Part shown: in pieces, positions 1 to 12,334 of the stretch
Layout: every line of letters starts with the position of its first letter
Position numbering within the stretch: position 1 is the first letter of the stretch
NCBI GenBank assembly: GCA_002269645.1
Contig: NIVC01003217.1
Coordinates: forward strand, 1-64,000
Length of the DNA stretch: 64,000 nt
Origin: Macrostomum lignano
Lineage: Eukaryota
Direction: 5' to 3'
The notes under the pieces: model-generated
Databases searched by the model: none
The model's input: the letters and a program-made list of their open reading frames with translations, nothing else
What the model was told of the DNA's origin: nothing
Translations under genes and position numbers: made by a program

Positions 1-3000
1 GCCGATAACCTCGCCTGCGTCTTCTTTGCTCCCTGGTGTCCTTGGTGAGCGAGCCGCAGCACCGTCAGCTGCAGCGCTTCGGGACGACGATGCGCTGGCC
101 TCTCAGTAGGATTCCGTCTGCTGCGGAGAAGCTCCTGCTTGACTGCGTGCAGCGACCGCAAGGTAGCCTCTCGGAGATCCCACTTGCCGCCTCGGAGTGC
201 TGAGATGGCTGCTTGGAGGGCTCCGTCTCTCGTTGTTGCATCCTTAAGCTGTTGCAGCGCCAGTCCCTTTGGGGTCGAGTCCTCGGCAATGCTGTTGATG
301 TAGTGGTTGTCCTTGGTTGCTCCTGCGCTGGAGACCGCTGATGCTGGAAGATTTGCCGGCTTAGGACGTCACTGGGATTGGTCGAGCCTGGCCTGTACAT
401 TGTCTCGAACACCAGGTCCTGGATGCTCAGTGCCATCCTCTCGATTCTTGGTGGCGGATGCGATCCTGGCTTAAATAGGTGCACCAGCGGCTTGTGGTCA
501 GTGACGACCCGGAAACCGGACGAACCACTGAGGTAATGGCGGAAGCGAAGGCAACCGAATTTGACGGCGAGGGCTTCTCTTTCCGTCTGAGAATAGCGCG
601 TCTCCACCGCTGACAGTGCGCGGCTTGCGTAGGCGATCGGTCGCAAGCTGCCGTCTGGCTGCTGTTGGCTGAGGATCGCTCCGAGTCCCGTCGGGCTGGC
701 ATCCACGATCACTTCTGTGGGTCTGCGCTTGTCAAAGAATGCCAGTGTGCTTCTCGCGGAGATCGAGTTCTTGATGGCGCTGAAAGCAGTCTCCTCAGCT
801 GCTCCCCAGGACCACGGCGCATCCTTTCTGGTCAGATCTCGCGGGGGCTTGGCCATGTCTGACAGGGCTGGGATAAAGCGACTGACAAAAGCCACAAGGC
901 CGAGAAAGGACCTCACTTCGGACGCGTTTTTCGGTGCTCTGAATGCTTTCACAGCGCTCACCTTCTCGTCTGTCGTTGGATGCCCTTCTCGGACAGGCGC
1001 ATAGCGAGAAACTTGGCCTCCTTGACGGCGAACTTGCACTTTGCCGGATTTAAGGTGATGTTGTGCTCTTCTAGCCTTTGCAAGGTTGCCGCTAGCCGCT
1101 GGTTGTGCTCAATGATGGAGCTTGCATAGATGATAATGTCGTCATGTACCCAGCGGACTCCTGGAAGCCCGCCGAGCACGCTGGTCATGACTCGTTGTAG
1201 AATCTCAGACGCTGACGTAAAGCCCATGCACAGGCGCGTCAGTCTCATGAGACCCTTCGGCGTCGAAAATGTCAGCAGGTGGCGCGAGTCTTCTCGGACG
1301 CGGATCTGGTGAAACGCCTTGTTGATGTCCAACTCGGTGAAGTAGCGCGCACCGGCCATTTCATCAGTGACCTCTTCAAAAGTTGGTATGGGCTGTTTCT
1401 CGGGCACTACAGCTATTCGGGCATTAGCTGGGGTAATTGAGGGTGTGTGTGGCGACCCCCAGTCCTTGGACTGAACAGCCGTACGCAGCCTTCAGATGCG
1501 CCGCGCAATAGCTGCGGCTGAGCTGTCGGTTGCACATCTGCCCATTGGGCAGGTGTAATCAATTATTATTATTATCGGGCACTACGAACTTGTTCACATC
1601 TCGCAGATCTTGGGTAATGCGCACTTGGCCAGGCTGCGACTTCGGGACAACAACTATTCGTGCCACCCATTCGGACGGTCCGGTCACTTTCTCGATTATT
1701 CCAGCCTGCAGTTGATCGTCGAGCTCGCGCTGCGCAGCCTCTCGCAGATGCACGGGGATGCGACTTGGCGGATGGCAGACCGGCACGGCTCCGTCTTGCA
1801 GGTGGATGCCAACTTCAACGTCCTTGACGCACCCAATTCCCACAAATCGCTGCCTGAAAGTCTTGATAATGTTGCTGAGGCGCTCGTGCTGTGGCATTGC
1901 CTGATCGTCTGCCTCCGTCGCTGCGGCCGCCAATGCAGCGCTGAGTGGCTCATGGAGCTCACCAGAGTCTTTCAGATGACAGACGCTGGATTGCTTGGTC
2001 CGATGCGTAGGATTCCCAGCTTCTCGCTGGTTTCGCGGCCCACGATCGTCGTGCCCGTCTCCTTGACAATGATGTAGCTAATGCTGGCGCTGACGTCATA
2101 AACGGCGGTCCGGAGGGTCGCTTTGCCAAGAGTGGTGAGGGGTTCACTGGAGCCGAACGGGAAGACCCGCTGCTTTGACTCGCGAAGGTCGTCTGCCGTG
2201 CCTCCGATGGCCTTGAATGTTTTTGAGTCCATTAGATTGCAGCTTGCGCCGCTATCGATTAGCAGGTCTGTGGCGTGGCCGTTGATGTCTGCTTTAACGA
2301 GCGGCAGTCGCTTACGCTGTGGCGTCAGGCAGAACACCTCGCAGCTGCTGTCGCTGTCTCGCTGTTGCTGATCACTCGGCTGCTCCTCGGCAATGGCGTG
2401 CACCTTTCTGGAGCTTGCGGGTTTGGACAAGCACGCTTTTGCCAGGTGGCCGACCTTGTTGCAGTTCCGACACGTCTTTCCTCTGGCCGCCTCGCACGTT
2501 CGGTGGCCCGACTCTCCACAGCGGATGCACTTTGTTCTGGTTCGCTCCGGTCGGTCTGGCTTTTCGATACGCCGCATTGCGTTCACAGACTCGCTCTTCC
2601 GCGCTTCGATAACTGCAGATTGAAGGTCGGCCGCCTCGAATGCCCTGGCTTGCTGCAGCGCTTCTTTGAGCTGGATATTGGGTGTCTGCAGCAACCTGCG
2701 CCGGAGCTGGTCTGACTGGCAGCCGGCGACAATTTGGTCTCGGATGATGAGATCCCGCTGAGTCTCGAATTCACATCCTTCTGCAGCCTTGAACAGCCGT
2801 TGCACCCAGGCGTTGATGGCTTCGCCGGGCTGCTGCGTGCAGTGCCGGAATTCATATCGCACGAATACCGGGTTGTGTCTGCTCTTGAAGTACTCTTTGA
2901 GGGCGTCCAGGAGCTCTTCGAGGGTCTTGCCTGGCCTCGTGAGTTCTGCGTACGCTTCAGCCACCTGTTTGCCGCCGACGTAAAGTAGAATCTCTCGTTG

Positions 3001-3531
3001 TTGACTTGCATCTGTTATGCCGCTTGCAGTCACAAAGCACTTGAATCGGTTGGCCCATTCTGCCCACCGTGCTGAGAGGTTGTGTGGCTCTTTCTGAGTA
3101 TCGAAAGGCTCAGGCGGGGGCAGTTGTAGAGGCACAGACATTCCTGCTAGCGATGCCAATGTAGATTTGTTTTAGGGGTAAGAAAAGGCTTGGCCACTGC
3201 GAGGCCTTGAGCGCCAATATATATATTTAGAAATCGATATTTGCGTGGGGTGGAGTTGCGCCTGATAAACAAGAAGCGTGCAAGCTGATTGGCTGCAGAG
3301 CGACGGGGGCAGGCATTGTACACTCGAGGGTCAGAGAGTTAAACGGTGTACGGCCAACAAACATAAACCACACACACAGGTAGTTAAAAAAGATTGAAAT
3401 GTAAAGACTACGCTTCTTTGACATTTATGAGAACTGTTGTTGGCCGTATCTGAGGCACTAGCAGCACGGGGGTGATTTACAATTAGGATTTTTTCTGCAA
3501 TAAAGTATATATATACAATATATTCGCAACA
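1..3531 (-). mobile_element. Decayed Ty3/Gypsy (Mag-like) LTR retrotransposon: 5' LTR, PBS, gag-pro-RT-RNaseH and start of integrase; runs off the window start
   Basis: Gag-pro ORF 1972..3141 has two zinc knuckles (CIRCGESGHRTC, CRNCNKVGHLAKAC) and the protease motif LLIDSGAS. RT lies at ~960..1933 (PSEWVARIVVVPK, WVHDDII, KCKF). RNase H carries DASPTGLGAIL, YASRAL and EREALA. The integrase H-x3-H start (AHQGHQG) is readable at 1..75 after a frameshift. PBS TGGCATCGCTAGCAGGA is at 3158..3142, 1 nt after an LTR end ...CTACA at 3160. The LTR start TGTTGC at ~3531 is a guess. Frame breaks occur at ~1975-2070, ~985, ~350, ~130 and ~80. Confidence 0.93.
1411..1574 (+). mobile_element. 5'-truncated SINE copy inserted into the Gypsy RT
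   Basis: Flanked by an 11-bp target-site duplication TCGGGCACTAC (1400..1410 and 1575..1585) and ends in an (ATT)n tail. Removing it restores RT ...DVNKFVVP/EKQPIPTF. A 60-nt core is identical to the copy at 28526..28818. Confidence 0.9.
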
Positions 3532-3603
3532 CACTACTTAATATGAGAGTTGCGCATTCGACTGCCCGAATTGCATATCATTAACATTAACACTTCTCCA
3601 CAG

Positions 3604-4483
3604 CCACCAAACCAACCGAGACGAAGAAGACTCTGCAGCCTCTGCTGGCGAAGGCTCGTCCAACGACATTAGCGGAGATGGCAAGAAAAAGAGCGCCCCA
3701 ATGGACAAGAGTCTGAAGACTATGCAACAGTATAGTCACAGCAAGCAGGTGTTGCACAGTGAGTTATATTGTCTGTGTGCTGCTTTTTCATATTATTTTA
3801 CTTCAATGCTGTGGCGGTCGTTTGGATAAATTAAAAACCAGAATACCAGCTGGCATCGGTCAAAATTTCGATATGTTGAAAACAAAAAAATCAACATATC
3901 TACCCTATCCTTTACATTTCTGAGCCTCCCTGACCCACAGAAGTTAGAGAAGTCAGCAGACTACCATGTTTACAGATTACCCAAATTTATTCTTCCGTGC
4001 GTCTTATTTCATTGACACAAAAAACTAGAGCCCGAAGCACTTACCAATCAATAATAGGAAAATTTGCCTTTTCCAAATTTTATTTAAGGCTACAAAAGTC
4101 GACTTCGAACTCTGCAACAGCAGCAGCAACAGAGGCAACAACAGCAGCAGCAGCAGCATCAACAACAATCTGGCAGTGGCATCTTGCCGTTAGCCATCGC
4201 CGAACGCATCCGGCGAAGACGCTGCTTCGCTGACAGCTCATTGAATCTGCCATTCTTCTTGGCGCAACCAAACTCTGTCGCAGAGAATCCAACAACTTGT
4301 CCTACAACTGCAACGTCATCAAGTCTGCTATTGCCGCCAGTGCCTCATCTACCGCCCCTGCTGCCACAGGCGCCAATGCAAACTCCCGCGCTACAAACTG
4401 ACGCAATGGATTTAAGCAACAAAACAACTAAGAAAGGTGGCTTATCAAATTTTTCTGTCGAATCTATATTGGCAAGGAGTTAG
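3604..4483 (+). CDS. dmrt2: Last two coding exons (3604..3758, 4089..4483) of a DMRT2/Dmrt11E-like transcription factor; DM-domain exon not in window
   Basis: AG/GT boundaries join in frame: ...HSKQVLH-S-YKSRLRT-polyQ-LPLAIAERIRRRRCFADSSLN...AMDLS...FSVESILARS*. This resembles, from memory, DMRT2 KSILEG/YRP, PPVSDRMRKRRAFADKELE and its C-terminal eh1-like FSVESIL. The DM domain itself is not seen. Confidence 0.6.
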
Positions 4484-4827
4484 GTTTGAACTGACAACTT
4501 GATTGCCGACAGTGTAACGCACAATAACTGTTTCTCCTCAGTTAAAAATCACAGAAAGTATTGCTGCAACCAGTTTAACTTGGCTTTACAACTTTTAGCC
4601 AAGACTTAGGACCATTGTTAACGGAACCCATTTTGTGGAAATCGTTTATTTTCAACGATAACTTTAATTTTCAGCAAAGTAATCTTGGCTTAGCTTATGA
4701 ACAAATTTAATGTACATTAAAAGCTTCATTTCGCCTTTAATGTCACAAGCCAGTATTTGCCTTTGCTTGCACCTGTATTTTAGCTTGAGTATAGAAAATT
4801 GACAAGATTAGTCAGTTCAGAACTCAC

Positions 4828-7800
4828 CATTGAATGCCCGACCAAAACGATTGAAAACTTTGCGCGACTTGAATACAGCGATTCAATGTGGTCAACCACG
4901 TGGCGAACAAATTCTGAGCAAAGGAATTATTGTTATTGTAATCAAATTTGACCCTATTTCTAGCCATCTATTCTGTTCACTTGGTTTTTAAATTTATAAA
5001 AAATAAATATATAAATGTAAACACAATTATTTATTTGGCTTACACTAACTATACATTGAAATACAGACTTACCACTTTGTCGGTACAAAAATGGACCGTG
5101 AAGAGCAGAAAATTCCTGAAATGTTAATTGCTTTGCTTTTTAGACTACTGAACTGATCTGGTCAGTAGGATGTACGGGATTTATTTAGCCTGTAGAAAAA
5201 TTACTCGATTGCAGTAGTACACTTACACTATTCAAGTCAACAGCAAAGCAATCGAATCTGGTCTTTGTGCCAAGCGTTTTCCTCATCTGGATTGCTACAG
5301 AAGCCAGCGAGCGAACCTGCTTGTGGCTGCCATCATTGCCAGGTATGAATAGCAATGGCGAGCCTTCAAAGACGCTGCGACTCACTGGCTCAGAGTGCCT
5401 GGCAGTTCGAAATGGGAAATAACAAGTCAGATGCAAATTCAAGAGATTGAAAAACAAAGACCCAGCAATGAATATAATATAGGCAAATATGAAGAACTTA
5501 CCCTTCTGTATAAACAAACAAATTATACTCAGGAAACTTTCTTCTTACAGATGCTGGCAGAGTGACAGGCTAAAAGGTAAAAGTTATGTAATGTCAATTC
5601 TTCAAAAGACAAGCTAAGATATTAAAACATAAGCCATCTTTTAAACAAAACATTTTAAATATTCTACTAGTGAAATTAAAAAATATGATGATAAAGTCTA
5701 GATATATATAATAAATATATTTAAAAACCTTAGATAAATCAATACAAACATGCTATTACAAAAGCCTGTAATAATTGGGATACTGATACTTAACCTTTAA
5801 GGTGTTTTTTGTTTCTTAAGCCTTAAGCCTTACTAAAAAGATGTTAGTTTTGCAATTGGCCAATTGCTATATGTGATATAGTGCATCATACAGCTTTAAA
5901 GCCTATAACAAAGACTTAGATAAAAAGATAGATAGATAGACACAGACAGACCATTTTCAGTATATAGGATAGGTCCTAGCACAGCTAAGTAATGCAAGTG
6001 CCACTGAGAGTAAAAACGAAGCAAATATGCTTAAATAAGAAATAATTATATATAATGGCTAAAATACTTGGGTATCTTAGCCAATTGCCATGCATGCAAA
6101 TTTGCATATACTACTATAGGTGCCATTGTGTCATATAGACATTTTAGGACTTGTCTAGCCTAATAAGTCTATTGATAATGTAGCACCTATAAGAGGGGCA
6201 ATAAATAAGTCAGGTGGTCACCTCCTTTCCTTAGAAATTTTAAAAAATTAGAGCAACATTATATAAAACCTTATAATAATGCATATATTAAAAAAACTAT
6301 AGTGGTCACCCCATAGAAGGATAAAGGATAGTCACCTGGGGGGTGGATGGGAAAAGGTTACCTAAGGGATACAGCACTCTGCCTCCTGCCAATACTGCCA
6401 TTTAATATCTTAATGATATAATAATAATATCTATTAATTATAAATATATAAGATATTAAAATTTCTTTTCTTTTGTCTATTAATTGTCTATATGAGTCAA
6501 TGCATTTTGTACTTCATGTTGTATCTTCAGGTTTATTTTATTGGAATATAAAAACAAGATTAATAATTTACTATACAAAATAATTATTATTCATCAATTT
6601 TTGCAAAATAGAGCAGTATATAGTGCATTGAGTCACATAGACAATTCATAGATTTTTGGGTTATAGATTAGGTTATAGATTTTTTGGATTTTTGGGCATA
6701 ATGCCTCTTTGCATAGCATAGGTCCTAATGTAGTAGGCCTATAATATAGCATAGGCCCTTATGCAAAAATTGATAAATATTAATCATTTTCTTACTTGGG
6801 TGCAACCTAGGGATTCACCCAGCCATTTCTATTGGCAACACACACATGTAAGTTGCTATTGGATGGAATAGTCACATGATTGCTCTCAGCCAATAGCAAC
6901 TTATAATGTGTGTGTTGCCAATAGAAACAGCGCATGACCAAGACCGCCATATACCAAGACCGCCACAGCTCTTACTGACTATTGGAATTGAGGGGAAGCT
7001 ACCAATCTTCCAGCATTGCTATTGGTTATGATGAGTTGTGGAATTAGATGAGGAGGAAGTGTCCCAAGATTGGTCACTAATAAGATGAATAAGTGGCCCA
7101 AAATGATTGCAAGTCAACCAGGGCAATTTTAACAATTCAAATTAAATGAAAAAAACAAGGAGCCTGGCTTACCACCTACCTGGCCAGGCTGGCCTGCTCA
7201 CCAGTTCCTCTCTCGTGGCCTTGTCTTGCTGGCTCTCCCCATCTCACCCCTCCTCAGCACCATCCAATAACATGGCAAGCTAAATTCCTCCCTCCTAGCT
7301 CCCCCAAGTGTGGCAGTCTTGGTGTATGGCGGTCTTGGTCCTACACCATAGAAACGGCTGAATGATTCCTAAGGTTGCGCATGTATGATCATTTTGTATA
7401 GTAAATTTGTCCAAAGATCAATGGGGAGGACAGAGACAAAAAGTTTCGTAGAGCAATGCAATCTATAGTTAGCATTCTTTTTCAAAATTAATAAAATAGA
7501 GAAAATAAGGCTTGTATTATTAATAGCATACTATATTAAAGTTGGGATTTGTGTGCAAAATAGTCTAGGAAAAAATATACCTGGCTAAAATACTTTAAGA
7601 GCTGAGGAGCACAATAACTAGATGCTAATAAATTTAGTCTAACCCAATTTAAGTTTTAAAATTAAACAAAAAAACTTGATTTATTTATTAGTGATTGAAA
7701 AAATAAAATAGGCCTATAAAATAGAAAATATTGAGAATTTTTTAATATCTAGACTATAATGCACATATAAAAAATTTTTTAATAACAAAAAATCCCTAAT

Positions 7801-8156
7801 CTCAGTTATTTTTCCTTGATTTCTACTTTATTTCATCTTCCCAGGCTGTTGCAGACTATAGACTGTTTGGTTCTATTGTAAAAATATACTCCTTAGTCTA
7901 AAGTCAATAACTAAGGGATTAACGTCTTCAAAAAAATTTAAAGCACTCTCGGAAATTATCTAATATAATATATTACAACATAAAAAATATAGCATAATAA
8001 ATATAATGTGTAACTTACAATGTACTCTGGATATTGAAACATGTATGTCATGTCACATTTGTTGTACTCTACATCAAAAACAAAGCTGTATAGGCTTGCC
8101 AAAAGAAAAATCAAAGCAGTTATGATGAGCGCAAAGACAAATAAATATTTTTTCAT
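4828..8156 (-). CDS. PGAP1: GPI inositol-deacylase PGAP1, N-terminal 169 codons (exons 8156..8019, 5569..5502, 5398..5227, 5115..5073, 4913..4828); continuation not found
   Basis: All introns are GT-AG and phase-compatible. Translation: signal anchor, NKCDMTYMFQYPEY, PVTLPASVRRKFPEYNLFVYTEG, PLLFIPGNDGSHKQVRSLAS, FDCFAVDLN, EFSALHG, IVLVGHSM (lipase nucleophile elbow). Confidence 0.9.
5920..5969 (-). mobile_element. Short 5'-end fragment of a non-autonomous Helitron-like element
   Basis: Minus strand reads TCCTATATACTGAAAATG followed by a (GTCT)/(CTAT) microsatellite, matching the start at 10542 (TCCTATATCCTAAAAATG). Confidence 0.35.
6791..7387. mobile_element. hAT-like palindromic MITE (8-bp TSD) carrying a nested second element
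   Basis: TSD ATCATTTT at 6783..6790 and 7388..7395. Arms GCAACCTAGGGATTCACCCAGCC...TTCTATTGG and ATAGAAACGGCTGAATGATTCCTAAGGTTGC match the copy at 21174..21347. Confidence 0.75.
6929..7347. mobile_element. Nested non-autonomous DNA transposon with ~39-bp imperfect TIRs
   Basis: TSD ATAGAAAC at 6921..6928 and 7348..7355. TIRs GACCAAGACCGCCATATACCAAGACCGCCACA (6937..6968) and TGTGGCAGTCTTGGTGTATGGCGGTCTTGGTC (7309..7340). Confidence 0.75.
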
Positions 8157-10541
8157 GATATATAACTTCTATTCAGAGAAGCAAGCAACCTAGCTCGTGA
8201 CCACAAAAGTAAAAACGACTAAAATAGTGCGACAAGAAAATAAAAACGTGACTGATTTTTTGTGTTAAATTGCCGCTAATGCATATGAAAAGAGCATTTA
8301 AAGTTTGTATTAGAAATATTTTGCACTTGTAGCCAAAACATCATATGTTATTATTGCAAATATGCTGTGAAAAAATGTAAACTAGATTTATGTAGCGTAA
8401 ATTTGTTTTTAATCGCTCTCTAGTCGAAAATTTAAACTTCTTAGTTAAAGTTAAACTTTCTTTAAAAAGTTAAACGGCTTCCTTTCTGCTCTGTTTGTTA
8501 TTTATTATTAATATTAGCCTCCCCTTTAATTATTATTCAATACACCTAACTATACTGGCCAAACAGGCTTTTTGCCTGAGCCAAACTTACTACTACTACT
8601 ACCATATTTATGCTAATAATATGCGGCATATGGCCTAGTACTAGTACAGTAGGCGTAGCTAGTAGGGACTTCAGTTTTGATTTTGAAAGTTATTTTTAGT
8701 ATTTTTCTTTTTTTGATCAATCGTATTGGCCAGAGTAAAATAAAAGAACACATTGGCTTGGCTTAGGCCCTTTATTAGAAATTGGTCAAAAAAACAAAGA
8801 AGGTACAAAATAAGTTTTTGTATTTTTTAAACATTTTGTATGCATTTTGCCATGATACAAATTAGGCCCCTTTTTGTTGCCAAAAGCTTTATTAAAATTT
8901 TGATATATAATTATTAATGTCTTTTTTATTATCTCTCTCATTATATCAAATGAGCGCATTTGATAGCAAACTGCAGCAAAGTCATTGGTAGCAAAGTCCA
9001 TGGCCTAAATTTTTTTAAGATTTCTTAACTTTCAAGCTTTTTTATTGATAAAAATATAATATAGCCAGAATAACCAAAAAATTTGTTCTTTGAAACTGCC
9101 TAAAACATTAGTCTTAGGTTTATAATACTTAGTAAGACCACAATTTTTTGACCATTTTGTTATAATTAATGCCTTGGCTTTTGCCTAATTAATTGTTTTC
9201 CTCTTATAATTGAGGTGGGGGTGGAGAAGAATTTTCTTGGAAACTCTCGGTTTCGAAATTATGCTGACACTAGTGAGGTGGGGTGGATTCCTCGTTTGAA
9301 TTGCCGCCAGTGTTGTAGAAACACGAATAAAGCCAGAAAATGCACGAATTGATGCGCTGATTCTTTTCCTAGGTTACTCTGTCTGCTGGGTCCTCAATTC
9401 CAGGGTAAGGGTAGTCGTAATTGCAGTCGAGCGGTCTAGTAGCAGCCTGAGTCGTTCAGAATGGGTCCTCAGACACTGTAAACTTATGATTTGTCAAGAT
9501 TGCTAGTTGTGTTACTCTAAGTAGTAAAGTAGCACTGCCACCACCTTAAATGTCATTTTACAGAACATTGAGGGTCTCAGAGCTTTCTTTGAGTTGAGAC
9601 TGATTGGTTATTTTACGCCCTGCGGGCAAAGAACTTAATATAAACTAAAGGCTTCGATTAAGACTGACTAGATAAATATTAATTATTTATAAAACTTATT
9701 ATTATTGCTCGTTATTTATTATTGATTAATTTTACGGTAGTCAGTGATTAAGAAATTGTTATTATTCACAAAGTTAATTGAATAAAAAGACAAGCTAATT
9801 GACTAATAAAGAAGTTAGGTGATAGAGTAATTGTTCACACTACAATTAGACAGATGATTATGAGACAGTGCCGTGCAACTATTAGAAAACTAACAAGACA
9901 AAGTTAAGTCACGGCCTATAAGATCAAACTAAAACAACCAAGAAGAAAGAAGAAAAGGGGAGAAGGGGGTTGACAAACTAAAGCAACGCCAAAGATTAAA
10001 TACCAAAAGAACGCAAAAAAACGATCAGGGGAACACCAGAAGGAACACAGGGGGGAACACCGGTAAGAAAAGTGGACAAACCTGGGTGGAAAACGGCAAA
10101 ACAAAGCAGGACCAAGGGAAGGGGCAACCGATGGACCAGAGGTAGGAACAACGGGGGGAAGAAGACAGTTCAAGTGGGGGAGCCAAAATGATGTCAAAGA
10201 ATTGTCCGCCGGGTAGAGGCGTTCCGCGCATCGCCAACTGTTGCCGAAGCCCCAGTGGTAGACCGGCCTACCACATAATAAATATTAATTTAAAGCCTTA
10301 GCATAGGTTAAAGTTTGTTGAGAGAGGGTAGATTCTGAAAGATAAAAACCCAAAAGAGTAAAAGGAGTGCAGCTCTATATTTTGACAACAATTTGCTTGG
10401 TTGCCTTTGATTTTTTCTAGTCTATTCAAGAGTGTGAGGCCAATTGTCCCTATCTATACCCCCAGGCCCCAGTTATACGCATGTCTAAGGTGGCCATATA
10501 CCAAAGTAGCTATAGTATCTAGGCATTGTTCTAAATCAGCT

Positions 10542-10700
10542 TCCTATATCCTAAAAATGAGTTGTTTGTATGTATGTATGTATGTATGTATGTATGTAGC
10601 TATGCAATAGATTTCAGAAAAAACGGCTCAACCGATTTTCTTCAAACTTGCACCATTCGATCAGAAATTTTCCTGGGACGGTACATGCATCTTGGCTAAG
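10542..10700 (+). mobile_element. Non-autonomous Helitron/Helentron-like element, 5' part (3' end not located)
   Basis: TC start, TATATCCTAAAAATGAG, (GTAT)n, then AACGGCTCAACCGATTTTCTTCAAACTTG. This layout is typical of Lep1/DINE-1-like elements (from memory). Confidence 0.45.
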
Positions 10701-11164
10701 AAATTGCTCAATGTTAAAGGGATTAAATATTCGAAAAACATGCTTTTCTGCAAAGGTCAAGAAGCTCTTTCGACCTGAAATGCATTGTAAGAATGCTAGA
10801 GAAAAAACTGACTGACTGAATTTCAACTCCGATAAAGATTCCGAACAAGTTGAAAACAGTGCCGAAGAAATGCTCACACGACATGATTTAAATTGCGTAA
10901 CCATATTGCTAACTTGAAGTAAGACTGATACTGGCTAACTGGGAAATTGATTATGTCATAACTTTTTTCTCCAATTGACTTGCTGTAAGAATTGAATTAT
11001 AAGGGCCACAATTCATGTTCTCCAATTGAAAAGAGATAGCCCTGATGCGAACAGACTGGAATGCCAATATAGCGACCTGGGTTCAAATCTTAGTAGTGCA
11101 AAAAAGATTTTTTTATTAAAACACCTTAAAAACACAATAAAACTGCTAAACATCAAAGAAGCGC

Positions 11165-12265
11165 AATGTCAAACATAGAAGAGCCACCATGTCAAACATA
11201 AAAGACCCACCATGTCAAACATTTAAGAGCCACAATGTCAAACATAAAAGAGCCACCATTTCGAACATTAAAGAGCCACCATTTTGAACATTGAAGAGCC
11301 ACCATGTCAAACAATTAGGAGCCACCATGTCAAACATTAAAGAGCCACCATGTCAAATATAAAAGAGCCACCATTTCAAACATTAAAGAGCCACCATGTC
11401 AAACATTAAAAAGCCACCATATAAAACATAAAAGAGTTACCATATAGAACAAAAAAGATTCACCATGTCAAACATAAAGAGCCACCATGTCAAACATTTA
11501 GGAGCTACCATGTCAAACATATATGTGACTTTATGTCAAATATTAAAGAGCCACCATTTTGAACATTAAAGAGCCACTATGTTGAACATTAAAGAGCCAC
11601 CATGTCTACCATAAAAGAGCTATACCATGAAGAACATTAAAGAGCCACCATGTCAAACATAAAAGAGCCACCATGTAGAATATTAAAGAGCCACCATGTC
11701 AAACATTTAAGAGCCACCATGTCAAACATTTAAGAGCCACCATGTCAAACATTTAAGAGCCACCATGTCAAACATAAAAGAGCCACAATGTTGAACATTA
11801 AAGAGCCACCATGTCAAACATTTAAGAGCCACCATGTCAAACATTTAAGAGCCACCATGTCAAACATATATATGACTTAATGTCAAACATTAAAGAGCCA
11901 CCATGTCGAACATTAAAGTGCCACCATGTGTAACATAAAAGAGCTACATCATGAAGAACATTAAAGAGCCACCATGTTAAACATTAAAGAGCCACCATGT
12001 GAAACATTAAAGAGCTACCATGTCAAACATAGAAGAGCCACCATGTCAACATTAAAGAGCTACCATGCCAAACATAGAAGAGCCACAATGTTAAACATTA
12101 AAGAGCTATCATGTCAAACACAAAAGAGCCACCACGTCAAACATTAAAGAGCTATCATGTCAAACACAAAAGAGCTACTATGTCAAACATAGAAGAGCTA
12201 CCATGTCAAACATTAAAGAGCCACATTTTTAAACAAAAAGAGACACCATTTCAAACATAAAAAGA
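11165..12265. repeat. Minisatellite, ~23-bp unit AAAGAGCCACCATGTCAAACATT
   Basis: Direct reading; roughly 45 degenerate copies, intergenic. Confidence 0.95.
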
Positions 12266-12334
12266 AGTGCATGCCAAACAAAATGGAACCATTATAAAGC
12301 TAAGGAAATTGTTGCACTAGCTACTTGTTCTCTG

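Noticed and set aside
1960-2075. Programmed -1 frameshift between protease and RT
   Set aside because: No slippery heptamer in the overlap, and the element has several other single-base indels, so decay or consensus error is simpler.
6487-6780. Overlapping imperfect inverted repeats (TGAGTCAATGCA/TGCATTGAGTCA; ATCAATTTTTGCA/TGCAAAAATTGAT)
   Set aside because: Likely old MITE debris, but boundaries and TSDs could not be defined.
8790-9600. Decayed LINE on the minus strand (IIYQNFNKAFG resembles the RT motif DFSKAFD)
   Set aside because: Only one weak motif in AT-rich, stop-ridden sequence; not supportable without an HMM search.
10225-10290. HDV-like ribozyme on the minus strand (GGCCGG...CTTCGG...GGCGATG)
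   Set aside because: Two hairpins are present, but there is no P2 partner for the 3' strand and no proper P3/L3.
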